DNA of 64,000 nt from assembly GCA_964016885.1 (NCBI GenBank), contig OZ024752.1, forward strand, positions 33,170,001-33,234,000, read 5' to 3'. Under the pieces are notes generated by a model. That model was not told where the DNA came from. It made no database searches and worked only from the letters and a program-made list of their open reading frames with translations. Shown piece by piece: positions 13,106 through 25,343 of this stretch (positions are counted from its first letter, which is position 1; the number at the start of each line of letters is the position of its first letter). This DNA is from Eledone cirrhosa. Its lineage: Eukaryota. Position numbers and translations under genes: made by a program.

Positions 13106-13276
13106 ATATATTATATATATATATATATATTATATATATATATATATATATATGAATATAGACATAGAATATTCGAAAATATTCTGTATGTTTATAATAA
13201 ACATTTTGAAGACCTAATCGCTATAGAATAGAATACGTCACGTATTACAATTAGATTCTCGATAAAAGCAAGGGAA

Positions 13277-13319
13277 GTAATCTACGCGTTTCATTCTCGT
13301 TAGAAATCATCAGGACTAC
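13277..13319 (-). ncRNA. Type I hammerhead ribozyme (inverted copy of 13733-13775)
   Basis: Exact reverse complement of the plus-strand copy. Confidence 0.85.
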
Positions 13320-13732
13320 ATATCCAGTGCTTTTATCGAGAATGACACAGCTAGAGACTTATAGAATACTTAGCTGTGTACAGGAACTGGTTTGAAAGAG
13401 CGGTTGCCGGTCCGGCAGAAATTAGAAATTGGAATAAATGCTCTGAAATAGCGATATATATGTGAATATAGACATAGAATATTCGAAAATATTCTGTATG
13501 TTTATAATAAACATTCTATAGCGATTAGGTCTTCAAAATGTTTATTATAAACATACAGAATATTTTCGAATATTCTATGTCTATATTCACATATATATCG
13601 CTATTTCAGAGCATTTATTCCAATTTCTAATTTCTGCCGGACCGGCAACCGCTCTTTCAAACCAGTTCCTGTACACAGCTAAGTATTCTATAAGTCTCTA
13701 GCTGTGTCATTCTCGATAAAAGCACTGGATAT

Positions 13733-13775
13733 GTAGTCCTGATGATTTCTAACGAGAATGAAACGCGTAGATTAC
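13733..13775 (+). ncRNA. Type I hammerhead ribozyme (minimal stem III)
   Basis: GTAGTC-CTGATGA-T.TTCT(AACG)AGAA.T-GAA-ACGCGT-A/GATTAC. Predicted GUA cleavage after 13769. Confidence 0.85.
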
Positions 13776-13928
13776 TTCCCTTGCTTTTATCGAGAATCTA
13801 ATTGTAATACGTGACGTATTCTATTCTATAGCGATTAGGTCTTCAAAATGTTTATTATAAACATACAGAATATTTTCGAATATTCTATGTCTATATTCAC
13901 ATATATATCGCTATTTCAGAGCATTTAT

Positions 13929-13987
<59 letters not shown>

Positions 13988-14004
13988 ATATAATATATAT
14001 GATA

Positions 14005-14037
<33 letters not shown>

Positions 14038-15449
14038 CATGATTTTACCCTTTTATTAGCATGGTCCCATAACTCCTAAGGGAGTCATAGGGGTGTTGTA
14101 TTGACATACAACGTTTCTAGGGCATTTTGAAACCTGGCAGAGCCCCTCTCCAAGTCTGAATATAACAGATTTCTTGTAGAGAAGGATAGAGAGAGAGTGA
14201 GAGAATGGAAGTGAGGAAGAGATATAGAGAAAGAATGAACCCCAGTATTTGACTGGTACTTTTTTTTTGGCATTGAAAGGATGAAAGGCAAAGTTCACCC
14301 TTTCATGAGTATATATTTAATTAAATACACTGTATTTGGATTAATTAATGGAGTATTTGGAGGGATTTATTAAAATTATGATTTCATTATTAGGTTGATG
14401 TTTGTAACATAACTTAATAGATTTTTATATCAAATTATGTCAGATTTTAATTTAAATACAAACTCCTTAAAATTGGTTTTGTTTTGTAGAACCAGGGATG
14501 GTTTTGGTGTGAAGCCACATGACTTAATGGTTAGGATACTGAACTTATGAGTGTAATGTCGCCGGTTCGATTCGTGGGCAGGGTGCTGCGTTATGTTCGT
14601 GAGCAAAAGACTTTACTTTTCACGTTACTCCAGTATACTCATCTGAGACTAAGTACCAGCAGTAACTGGGGAATCAAACCTGCAATAGATTGGCATTATG
14701 TCCAGGGAGACTCTTGTACTCTTAGTTGCTTAATGCCAGGAAACCAGGGATAAGCACCAGCCTAATGAGCCTCTAGGCTCAAGATAGTACACTCCATTGA
14801 GAGTGAGTACCAGCAGTAGCTGGGGAGTTAATCCTGTGATAGACAAGCGTTCTATCTAGGGAGAGGCTTGTACTCTCAGTCACTTAATACCAAAGAAACC
14901 AGCGATAAACACTGGCCTAATGAGTCTCCAGGCTTGAGACATTACACTGTTGGTACTCAGTAGCTGGGGAGTTAATCCTGTGATAGACAAGCGTTCTATC
15001 CAGGGAGAGACTTGTACTCTCAGTCACTTAATACCAAAGAAACCAGCGATAAACACTGGCCTAATGAGTCTCCAGGCTTGAGACATTACACTCAGCTGAG
15101 AGTGAATACCAGCTACTGTTGGTACTCAGTAGCTGAGGAGTTAATCCTGTGATAGACAAGCATCCTATCCAGGGAGAGACTTGTACTCTCAGTCACTTAA
15201 TACCAAGGAGACCATGGATAAGCAGCAACCTCATCAGCCTTCGGTTTAGAACAGTTTGGGGGGCAGGTTGGTTGAATATCACTCTAACATAATATTGATT
15301 TCATACATAGGTATAGTTTTCTTAGAGTCGATGAATCAAAACAGAGGTTATGTGGTGTTTATGCCATTCACAAAAACATTTGCAATTCCAGTAAACTAGC
15401 TTTAACTGGATCAGAGTTGGGTACCTGCAAATGTAAATAAAGTATTTAC

Positions 15450-15556
15450 CTTGTGACCCGTCCATTCGAAATACACTGTTGAATTGTATCTGCAAGTCGT
15501 TTATGAACAAGAGCAAAGCGAATCAATGCCCTTCCTTTCCCTACAGCTGTGCGATA
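15450..15556 (-). CDS. FYCO1: FYCO1 coding exon 4 (RUN)
   Basis: YRTAVGKGRALIRFALVHKRLADTIQQCISNGRVT contains the RUN GKGRAxIR motif. AG/GT boundaries. Confidence 0.93.
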
Positions 15557-15646
15557 CTGTTTAAAGAGAAAAACAAACATATTGAGATATTTTACTATAA
15601 AAAAAAATTATTCAAAGTGATAAAGATATTCAGAGACAGAAATACT

Positions 15647-15865
15647 ATTTGTTGTTGTTATGAGAACGGTATCCTCAGATGAAATTCAATTTTGCGATAT
15701 GCCACTGGCAGGAAAAACACGTCCTTCTGCTCGTGTACCCAGCAGACATATCCTGCAGACATATGTCTGCCGGGCGCACAAGCAGAAGGACGTGTTTTTC
15801 CTGCCAGCGGCATATCACAAAATTGAATTTCATCTGAGGATACCGTTCTCATAACAACAACAAAT
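15647..15865. repeat. Long near-perfect fold-back palindrome (about 105-bp arms)
   Basis: ATTTGTTGTTGTTATGAGAACGG... / ...CCGTTCTCATAACAACAACAAAT. The mismatches I found are transitions. No TSD seen. Confidence 0.9.
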
Positions 15866-16471
15866 GCATGAATTACATCTTGGATTGCATGGGAGAACCG
15901 TTAAAATAATTATAATGAATAAACTATTTATGTAACAACAGCATCTTTATTAATGTTTTTATTATACTGAATCCCGCCGAGGTTAACTTTGCCTATCATC
16001 CTTACGGGGTCGATAAAATAAAGTACCAGTAATTGCACTGGGTAATTGCTGGCCTTGTGCCAATAGTAGAAACAATTATTATACTGAATCTCCAACGTAA
16101 CTACAAACTACGAATGTTGAGAGCTTTCTCCTGTTTTCTCCTGTTTATACCAAAACAATCTCTTCAGAATATATATCCTCATCATCATCATCATCATCAT
16201 CATCGTTTAACGTCCGTGTTCCACGCTTGCATGGGTTTGGACGGGAGTTTTCCCACTTGAGGCAAGAGTGGTTGTCTTGCTCGCATAGGACTGTCTGGCA
16301 GGTTTTCTACAGCTGGATGCCCTTCCTAACACCAACCACATTTACAGTGTGGGGCTGGGAGGTTTTTACCGTGTTGCCTACACGGCCACATTACAGCGTG
16401 GACTGTGTGTTTTTTTGTCGTGACACCTACATGATCTCATTTGTTTCGGCCTGGATGTTGTGGCACCAACA

Positions 16472-16623
<152 letters not shown>

Positions 16624-17526
16624 CACTCACACACACATACATATATGTTGTCTAACCTGATTAGTTTTTTCGTTGTTTTGGTATTGTATGGTTGGGTTTT
16701 GCCTGCCGCAATTTTCAATTTGTCCAGCTATCTAAACGTAATGTTATTACTCTAAGGACCTACCCTTATTGAGTGCTTTGCTACTCATCCCTAATTGTAG
16801 GTCGAGTTTGCTTGTCCACAGCCAAAGCTTCGATTTTACTAAGCTTCCACTTGTATATATGTATCATCATTCATCATCATCATTTCATTTTACGTCCACT
16901 TTTCCCTGCTTGCAAGGGTGGGACGGGAACTGATTCTGGCTTGATTTCTACATGCCCTTCCTAACACCAACCTCATTTACAGTGAGTGCTGGGTGCTTTT
17001 TTGCCATGGCACCTTCACGACCACTTTGCAGTGGAATGATATGGACTCAAGTCCCTATCATCTCATTTCTACAGCTGAGTAAACTGGAGCAATGTGAAAT
17101 AAAGTGTCTTGCTCAAGGAAACAACACATCACCCGGTCTGAGAATTGAACTCACAACCTTTCGATTGCAAGGCCAATGCTCTAACCACTAAGCCATGTGC
17201 CTCCACATGTATATATATATATATGGGAACAGTCCACTAAATTGAGGGGTCTCATAATAAGCCTATAACCTCACAACGATGGTGCACTTTTCTAGTGCGG
17301 GATAGCTGCAAGTCAATAGGTGTAACTGCAGTCGGGACTTTAAAGAGAAAGTAGGTATATTTTTGTCTATTATTTCCTCATATTATAATTTGATATATAT
17401 ATATATATATATATATTTTTTTATGATTTACCTTATAGGTAAGTCCAACACTGTACTACAACTTAATCATTGGAATATTTGAAATTATAGTCAAAATATT
17501 TGTTGAAATGAAAGAAATTTGTTTAC

Positions 17527-17639
17527 CTCTTTGAGAGACTTGACATATTTTAAACCATCTCTGAGTCCTTTACTGGGGGCAAGGCACTCACAGAAGTAAT
17601 CCCAGTAGATTTTCTTGCGGCCCAATAGACTTGTATGTT
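17527..17639 (-). CDS. FYCO1: FYCO1 coding exon 3 (RUN)
   Basis: EHTSLLGRKKIYWDYFCECLAPSKGLRDGLKYVKSLKE versus FYCO1 TLLGNKKDYWDYFCACL. Phases are consistent. Confidence 0.93.
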
Positions 17640-17854
17640 CTGTAAAGATAACAAGATAATCTCTATGAGGAAACCTAGTGGAGAATATAAGAATATGTTC
17701 ACAAAGTACAACAGTGTAAAAAGATGGGGGAAGGTCATTATTATTATGTAGGGCACCACAACTGATGCTACATTTTCTATAGCAAGCCTTCCTATATCCC
17801 CCCCCCCCCAGATATTACTGAACTATTTATAATTAGTATAGTGTGTAACAGATA

Positions 17855-19028
17855 GTTATGTATATAGTACAGTGGTTGATAGTCTTATATAGTACAGTGG
17901 TTGATAGTCTTATATAGTACATTGGTTGATAGTCTTATATAGTACATTAGTTGATAGTCTTATATAGTACATTAGTTGATAGTCTTATATAGTACAGTGG
18001 TTGATAGTCTTATATAGTACATTAGTTGATAGTCTTATATAGTACATTGGTTGATAGTCTTATATAGTACATTAGTTGATAGTCTTATATAGTACATTGG
18101 TTGATAGTCTTATATAGTACATTAGTTGATAGTCTTATATAGTACATTAGTTGATAGTCTTATATAGTACAGTGGTTGATAGTCTTATATAATACATTGG
18201 TTGATAGTCTTATATAGTACATTGGTTGATAGTCTTATATAGTACAGTGGTGAATAGTCTTATATAGTACATTAGTTGATAGTCTTATATAGTACAGTGG
18301 TTGATAGTCTTATATAGTACGTTAGTTGATAGTCTTATATAGTACATTAGTTGATAGTCTTATATAGTGGTGAATAGTCTTATATAGTATAGTGGTGAAT
18401 AGTCTTATATAGTATAGTGGTGAATAGTCTTATATAGTATAGTGGTGAATAGTCTTATATAGTACAGTGGTGAATAGTCTTATATAGTACATTGTTGATA
18501 GTCTTATATAATAAAGTGGTGAATAGTCTTGTATAGTACATTCGTTGATAGTCTTATATAGTACATTGGTTGATGGTCTTATATAGTACATTGGTTGATG
18601 GTCTTATATAGTATAGTGGTGAATAGTCTTATATAGTACATTAGTTGATAGTCTTATATAGTACATTGTTGATAGTCTTATATAGTACAGTGGTTGATGG
18701 TCTTATATAGTATAGTGGTGAATAGTCTTATATAGTACATTGTTGATAGTCTTATATAGTACAGTGGTGAATAGTCTTATATAGTATAGTGGTGAATAGT
18801 CTTATATAGTATAGTGGTGAATAGTCTTATATAGTACAGTGGTGAATAGTCTTATATAGTACATTGTTGATAGTCTTATATAGTACAGTGGTGAATAGTC
18901 TTATATAGTACATTGTTGATAGTCTTATATAGTACAGTGGTGATAGTCTTATATAGTATAGTGGTGAATAGTCTTATATAGTACATTGTTGATAGTCTTA
19001 TATAGTACAGTGGTGATTAGTCTTATAT
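17855..19028. repeat. 25-bp (some 24-bp) minisatellite, about 46 copies
   Basis: Unit ATAGTCTTATATAGTACAKTRGTTG. Confidence 0.95.
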
Positions 19029-19486
19029 CCTGCTTTATTTGACCAATCATGAAACTTTGTTCACATATCAAATGATATGCTTAATGGTTTCTGATTTAGG
19101 CACAAAGCCAACAATTTAAAGGGTTACTGGTATTACTGGTACTTTATCTTATCAACCCCATAAGGATGAAAGGCAAAGTTAACCTCAGTGGCATGAAAAT
19201 AATAATAATAATTGTTTCTACATTTGGCACAAAGCCAGCAATTATTCCAGCGTATTACTGGTACTTTATTTTATCAACCGTGAAAGGATGAAACGCAAAT
19301 TTAACCTCAGCGGGATTTGAACTATAATAATTGTTTCTACTTTTGGCACAAGGCCAGCAATTATCTCAGTGCATTACTGGTACTTTATTTTATCGACCCC
19401 ATAAGGATGAAAGGCAAAGTTAACCTCGGCGGGATTTGAACTCAGATCATAAAGGGATTTGAACTATAATAATAATAATAAACTAC

Positions 19487-19606
19487 CTTTCATTTCATAA
19501 GATAATAAATATTCCAATTTGGCACAAGTTTTTTGGAGCGTTTGACTGTCATCTGTTATAGGGATTCCATTCTCCATAAAGTCCTGTTTTAATTTCTCCA
19601 GACATT
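19487..19606 (-). CDS. FYCO1: FYCO1 coding exon 2 (start of RUN domain)
   Basis: ECLEKLKQDFMENGIPITDDSQTLQKTCAKLEYLLSYEMK resembles vertebrate FYCO1 [27 protein letters not shown]/GT boundaries. Confidence 0.92.
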
Positions 19607-20552
19607 CTGAAATAAAACAAATTGGTTAATGTTAAAGATATAAATATTAAGTGCTTTTATTACACGTAATTCTCTGCCACACTATATAAACAAAACGCAC
19701 GTGCTTGCCACACATATAACCATTACACTCTATAACCGCTTAATTTCATATTGTATTTTAACCTGTATTTTTGATTGTATCTTTTAATATGAATGTAATC
19801 TCTAAATGTGTACTGCCACACTAAATGCTGTAATGAATGTTGACCCACAATATTTGCATATGTATCTGTATGTCTCTTGGGTGAAAAGGAGGTCATATAA
19901 GTGTTCATTCAATAATAAATTGCTCCGAAGAATCCAAACCTCGGTTTGGAGGAAACAGTTGTAAGAATAAAAATGTTTTGAACAGTTCTTTGATTTTTAT
20001 AATTTATATATATATATATAGTTCAAGGAGTCAACAAACAGAGATACAAAAAGTCTTATTAGTTTCACGCTTTATATTGGAAAGAGGAACGAAAGTTCGA
20101 TGGGTCGGGCTTAAGCTTTTCTTCAGGAGTACAAATAGCGACAGGATCACAATGGAGAAACAGAAAAAAGGTCCAGTAAAGACACAAAAAAAAAACTAAA
20201 ATGAAGAGGGAAAATAAGAAAATCATTAAGTAGTCTCCCTTTCTCTTTCTCTCTCGCTCTCTCTCTCTCTATGTGGTTGGCGTTAGGAAGGGCATCCAGC
20301 CACAGAAAACCAGCCAGAAACACCCCTATATGAGCGAGACACGGTTACCCAACACAACTTGCCTGTAAATGGGACCCGTCTAACCCATGCTAGCATGGAA
20401 GATGGGCGTTAATCGATGATGATGATATATATATATATTAATAAAAGGAATTCCAACTTCGTCTGATTTACTCGTTTTATTTACAATCCTTTAAAATTAT
20501 AATGATATTATAATGAAATAGTATGGTAGAATATTAAAAGTTAAGTGTTAAT

Positions 20553-20591
20553 TGAATAAGTACTTTCATGCTTTCACAATCTTCAGGTTCA
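20553..20591 (-). ncRNA. Minimal type I hammerhead ribozyme (slightly decayed)
   Basis: TGAAC-CTGAAGA-T.TGT(GAAA)GCA.T-GAA-AGTACT-T/ATTCA. Palindromic stem III; one mismatch in stem I. Confidence 0.6.
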
Positions 20592-20722
20592 TATTCAGTG
20601 GACACCCGTGTATATTTATATATATATATATATATATAGTGGTAGAACACTGGAAGGTAATATCCGTAGTGGTAGAGCACTCAGTCCATGGGACGAGTTA
20701 GGAAGGTTCCATATAACCATGT

Positions 20723-20772
20723 CCATTACGAGCTGAGGATCCGCTAAGGTGAAACAATTGTTCTCGGTATGG
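20723..20772 (+). ncRNA. Type I hammerhead ribozyme
   Basis: CCATTACGAG-CTGAGGA-T.CC(GCTAA)GG.T-GAA-ACAATTGT-T/CTCGGTATGG. Stem I has a 2x2 internal loop; stem III is palindromic. Confidence 0.7.
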
Positions 20773-21265
20773 TGAACTAACTGTTGTGTAACCACTTCTA
20801 TATCATCATCATCATCATTTCATTTTACGTCCGCTTTTTCCCTGCTTGCAAGGGTGGGACGGGAACTGATTCTGGCTTGATTTCTACAGCTGGATGCCCT
20901 TACTAACACCAACCTCATTTACTGTGAGTGCTGGGTGCTTTTTTGCCATGGCGCCTACACGTCCACTTTACAGTGTGGGCTGGGTGCTTTTTTGCCGTGG
21001 CACCTCCAAGAGCACTTTGCAGTGGAATGATATGAACCCCAGTCCCCTATCATCTCATTTCTACAGCTGAGTAAACTGGAGCAATGTGAAATAAAGTATC
21101 TTGCTCAAGGAAACAACACATCACCCGATCTGAGAATTGAACTCACAACCTTTCAATTGCAAGGCCAATGCTCTAACCACTAAGCCATGTGCCTCCATCC
21201 AATGCTCTATATTATTCAAAAGAAAACTCTAGAAAAATAATTAAATGAAGACTATATTAACATAC

Positions 21266-21347
21266 CTAAAAAATCTTGTTCAATTTTTGCAATCGAGGGT
21301 TTGTTTACCAATTTTGGATACATCAGGGAATCCATGGTGGGATCCAT
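21266..21347 (-). CDS. FYCO1: FYCO1 coding exon 1 (MDPTMDSLMYPKLVNKPSIAKIEQDFL); the exon itself begins at 21356
   Basis: Acceptor tttcag at 21357, ATG at 21347, donor GTATGT. Phase 1 joins the next exon in frame. Confidence 0.8.
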
Positions 21348-21916
21348 ATTTCTTATCTGAAAAGAGAATAGGAAATGGTAAGTTGGTACTTATAAGATTC
21401 TCAGTGAAAATACCTTAGAATTATAACTCACATAATTCTATCAAAGTAATAATTGTTTCTACTTTTGGCACAAGGCCAGCAATTACCCAGTGCATTACTG
21501 GTACTTTATTTTATCAACCCCATAAGGATGAAAGGCAAAGTTAACCTCGGCGGGATTTGAACTCAGAATGGCAAGGGCCGTAACTCAATGCGTCAAAGCA
21601 TGGCATCCGACCCTCTACCGATACTGCCAAGTAATAATAGTTTTTGATTTAGGCAGAAGGCCAACAATTTGGGGGAAGGGAAATCTGATTAAATTGACTC
21701 CAACGTGTTACTGGTACTTTATTTTATCGACCCTAATAAAGATAAAAGGCAAAGTTAACTTTGTCAGGATTTGAACTCAGAATGCAAATGGATGTAATTT
21801 TATGATGCAAAGCATGTTATCCAGTGCTCTACCGCTTATTGTCAATCCAACAATGAAATATGTTTGTGAATAAATGAAAGCTTTAATATAGGCACAAGAC
21901 CACAAATTTGAGGGAC

Positions 21917-23592
21917 GGAGGTGTTAGCTGATTATATCAAGCCCCAGTACTTCAGTGGTACTTTATTTGGGGGGAGTAGGAGGGGTTAGCTGATTATATC
22001 AAGCCCAGTACTTCAGTGGTACTTTATTTGGGGTACTAGGAGGTGTTAGCTGATTATATCAAGCCCAGTACTTCAGTGGTACTTTATTTGGGGGGAGTAG
22101 GAGGGGTTAGCTGATTATATCAAGCCCAGTACTTCAGTGGTACTTTATTTGGGGTACAAGGAGGGGTTAGCTGATTATATCAAGCCCAGTACTTCAGTGG
22201 TACTTTATTTGGGGGGAGTAGGAGGGGTTAGCTGATTATATCAAGCCCAGTACTTCAGTGGTACTTTATTTGGGGTACTAGGAGGGGTTAGCTGATTATA
22301 TCAAGCCCAGTACTTCAGTGGTACTTTATTTGGGGTACTAGGAGGGGTTAGCTGATTATATCAAGCCCAGTACTTCAGTGGTACTTTATTTGGGGGGAGT
22401 AGGAGGGGTTAGCTGATTATATCAAGCCCAGTACTTCAGTGGTACTTTATTTGGGGTACAAGGAGGGGTTAGCTGATTATATCAAGCCCAGTACTTCAGT
22501 GGTACTTTATTTGGGGTACTAGGACGTGTTAGCTGATTATATCAAGCCCAGTACTTCAGTGGTACTTTATTTGGGAGTACTAGGAGGGGTTAGCTGATTA
22601 TATCAAGCCCAGTACTTCAGTGGTACTTTATTTGGGGGGAGTAGGAGGGGTTAGCTGATTATATCAAGCCCAGTACTTCAGTGGTACTTTATTTGGGGTA
22701 CTAGGAGGTGTTAGCTGATTATATCAAGCCCAGTACTTCAGTGGTACTTTATTTGGGGTACTAGGAGGGGTTAGCTGATTATATCAAGCCCAGTACTTCA
22801 GTGGTACTTTATTTGGGGTACTAGAAGGGGTTAGGTGATTATATCAAGCCCAGTACTTCAGTGGTACTTTATTTGGGGGGAGTAGGAGGGGTTAGCTGAT
22901 TATATCAAGTCCAGTACTTCAGTGGTACTTTATTTGGGGTACTAGAAGGGGTTAGCTGATTATATCAAGCCCAGTACTTCAGTGGTACTTTATTTGGGGT
23001 ACTAGGAGGGGTTAGCTGATTATATCAAGCCCAGTACTTCAGTGGTACTTTATTTGGGGGGAGTAGGAGGGGTTAGCTGATTATATCAAGCCCAGTACTT
23101 CAGTGGTACTTTATTTGGGGTACTAGGAGGGGTTAGCTGATTATATCAAGCCCAGTACTTCAGTGGTACTTTATGTGGGGTACTAGGAGGGGTTAGCTGA
23201 TTATATCAAGCCCAGTACTTCAGTGGTACTTTATTTGGGGTACTAGGAGGGGTTAGCTGATTATATCAAGCCCAGTACTTCAGTGGTACTTTATTTGGGG
23301 TACTAGGAGGGGTTAGCTGATTATATCAAGCCCAGTACTTCAGTGGTACTTTATTTGGGGTACTAGGAGGGGTTAGCTGATTATATCAAGCCCAGTACTT
23401 CAGTGGTACTTTATTTGGGGTACTAGGAGGGGTTAGCTGATTATATCAAGCCCAGTACTTCAGTGGTACTTTATTTGGAGGGAGGGAGGGCTTAACTGAT
23501 TACATCAACCCTAGTATTTTGGTGGTACTCTATTTTGAGGGAGAAGGGGTCAGTTGATTATATCAACCACAGTATTTCAGTGGTACTTTATT
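21917..23592. repeat. 59-60-bp minisatellite, about 28 copies, derived from a SINE-A internal segment
   Basis: Unit GGAGGGGTTAGCTGATTATATCAAGCCCAGTACTTCAGTGGTACTTTATTTGGGG. SINE sequence flanks both ends. Confidence 0.92.
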
Positions 23593-23699
23593 TTAATGAC
23601 CCTGGAAGAATGAAAGGAAAAGTTAACCATGGTAAAATTTGAACTTAGAATCTTAAAATTAAAAATAGAATAACATGCTTGGTTATTATTACAACAATC

Positions 23700-23893
23700 G
23701 GGCGGTGGATTGGCAGTATCGGTAGAGCGTCAGAAACCGTGCTTTGCGGTATAGAGTTACGGCCCTTTACGATCTGAGTTCAAATCCCACCGAGGTTAAC
23801 TTTGCCTTTCATCCTTACAGGGGTCGATAAAATAAAGCACCAGTAATTCACTGGGGTAATTGCTGGCCTTGTGCCAAAAGTTGAAACAGTTAT
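23700..23893 (+). mobile_element. tRNA-headed SINE family A (representative of about 20 full or partial copies)
   Basis: A box TGGCAGTATCGG, B box GAGTTCAAATCC, core GCCTTTCATCCTTACGGGGTCGATAAAATAAAGTACC, tail GTAGAAACAATTATT. Other copies at about 8280, 9132, 19085-19465, 21450, 24020, 24220, 25372, 28788, 31172, 32665-33010, 39323, 42462, 45257-45657, 50100, 55447, 57168, 61100. Confidence 0.88.
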
Positions 23894-24605
23894 TACAACA
23901 ATTGGAAAGAAAGAATAGTTGACAAAAAAGTGGATAAATGGATGTGTTTGATGTTTCCTAAAATGTCAGTTAATAATAAATAAGGCAGAAGTTGTTTATT
24001 CAAAACAGTTATCATATAACTGCTTCTACTTTAGGCACAAGGCCAGCAATTACCCAGTGCATTACTGGTACTTTATTTTATCGACCCCGTAAGGATGAAA
24101 GGCAAAGTCAACCTCGGCAGGATTTGAACTCAGATTGGAAAGGGCCGTAACTCTATGCGTCAAAGCATGGCGTCCGACCCTCTACCGATACTGCCAATCC
24201 ACCGCCCTATATATATTTAAATAATTGTTTCTACTTTAGGCACAAGGCCAGCAATTACCCAGTGCATTACTGGTACTTTATTTTATCGACCCCGTAAGGA
24301 TGAAAGGCAAAGTCAACCTCGGCGGGATTTGAACTCAGATCGTAAAGGGACGTAACTATGCTGGAAAGCATGGCGTCCGACCCTCTACCGATACTGCCAA
24401 TCCACCGCCCATAACAGTTATCATATAACGGTTGGTAATTTCAGATCTGACACTTTGTGTTTTGGTTCTCAGTGTTAAAAGTAAGCACAGTGGAAATATA
24501 TATTTCTCTATTTATCTGTCAGTCCATCTGTCTGTCTATCTATTTATCTGTCTGTCTGTCAGTCCATCTGTCTGTCTATCTATCTATCTATCTATCTATC
24601 TATCA

Positions 24606-25310
24606 AGATCTGTCCGAGGTGCGTGCGAGACGAAGAAACCGTCGCGCAGGCATTCATACACTGCCCGGGCGTCACCGACCTGTGGGGCTATGTAGAACGA
24701 CTATTGTCGCGGGTGGGACCAATCCGGTTGACCACCGAGTCCATTGTCATGATCAAACCGCCACCCTCCTTCAAAAAGGAAGGAGAGGCGGTTTTCCTTT
24801 GTGTGATAGCTATGGCGAAAGAGGTTATATGGTGGACAAGGTTGAAAGGGCTGAGGTCAGACACCTTTCTCTCCGGCCAACAACTGATTCTTTTTTTCAA
24901 ATACCACTTTGGAAGAAGAATCAGGATGGAGAGAGAGGTGCTGTACCCCAGCAAGTTTTATGAAAAGTGGGTGGAGAGAGAGGTGCTGTACCCCAGCAAG
25001 TTTTATGAAAGGTGGGTGAAAGTGGCGAGAATGGCTCGAGTGAATGGGCCTTCTCTCTATATCAGCCTGTAGGTTGAGGAAAAGGAGGAAGAGAGGAAGG
25101 GGTACGAACTCTTCGTACTCCTGGAGATGAGGGTTGCACACTTTTTCGGGGGTATGTGTTACCCATATAAACTGTCTCCCCCTATTGGGGAAAATCGACT
25201 AACTTTTTAAATTGCATTTGTGATAACATTTTACACATTTTTATTGTATGTAAACTTCCCCCTTTGTATTTGTCCCCTTCTTTTGTGCCCCTGTGGCTAA
25301 TAAAGAAACA
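24606..25310 (+). mobile_element. 3' end of an L1/Tx1-like LINE in (TATC)n; related fragment at 27130-27640
   Basis: CPRCVRDEETVAQAFIHCP (zf-RVT-like), 3' UTR, AATAAA, then (TATC)n. Internal 45-bp duplication. Confidence 0.72.

Positions 25311-25343
<33 letters not shown>

Larger units (their letters stand above)
13154..13934. mobile_element. Retrozyme/PLE-like element, family A: 310-nt monomer present as two greater-than-unit, oppositely oriented arms within (TA)n
   Basis: GAATATAGACATAG recurs at 13154 and 13464 (period 310). Orientation flips near 13514 and the inverted arm repeats at 13514/13824. One HHR per arm. Confidence 0.85.

Noticed and set aside
15658-15854. Mirror-image 64-aa ORFs on both strands
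   Set aside because: A by-product of the palindrome.
21917-23592. CRISPR-like regular repeat array
   Set aside because: Units are contiguous with no unique spacers, there are no cas genes, the context is eukaryotic and the unit is SINE-derived.
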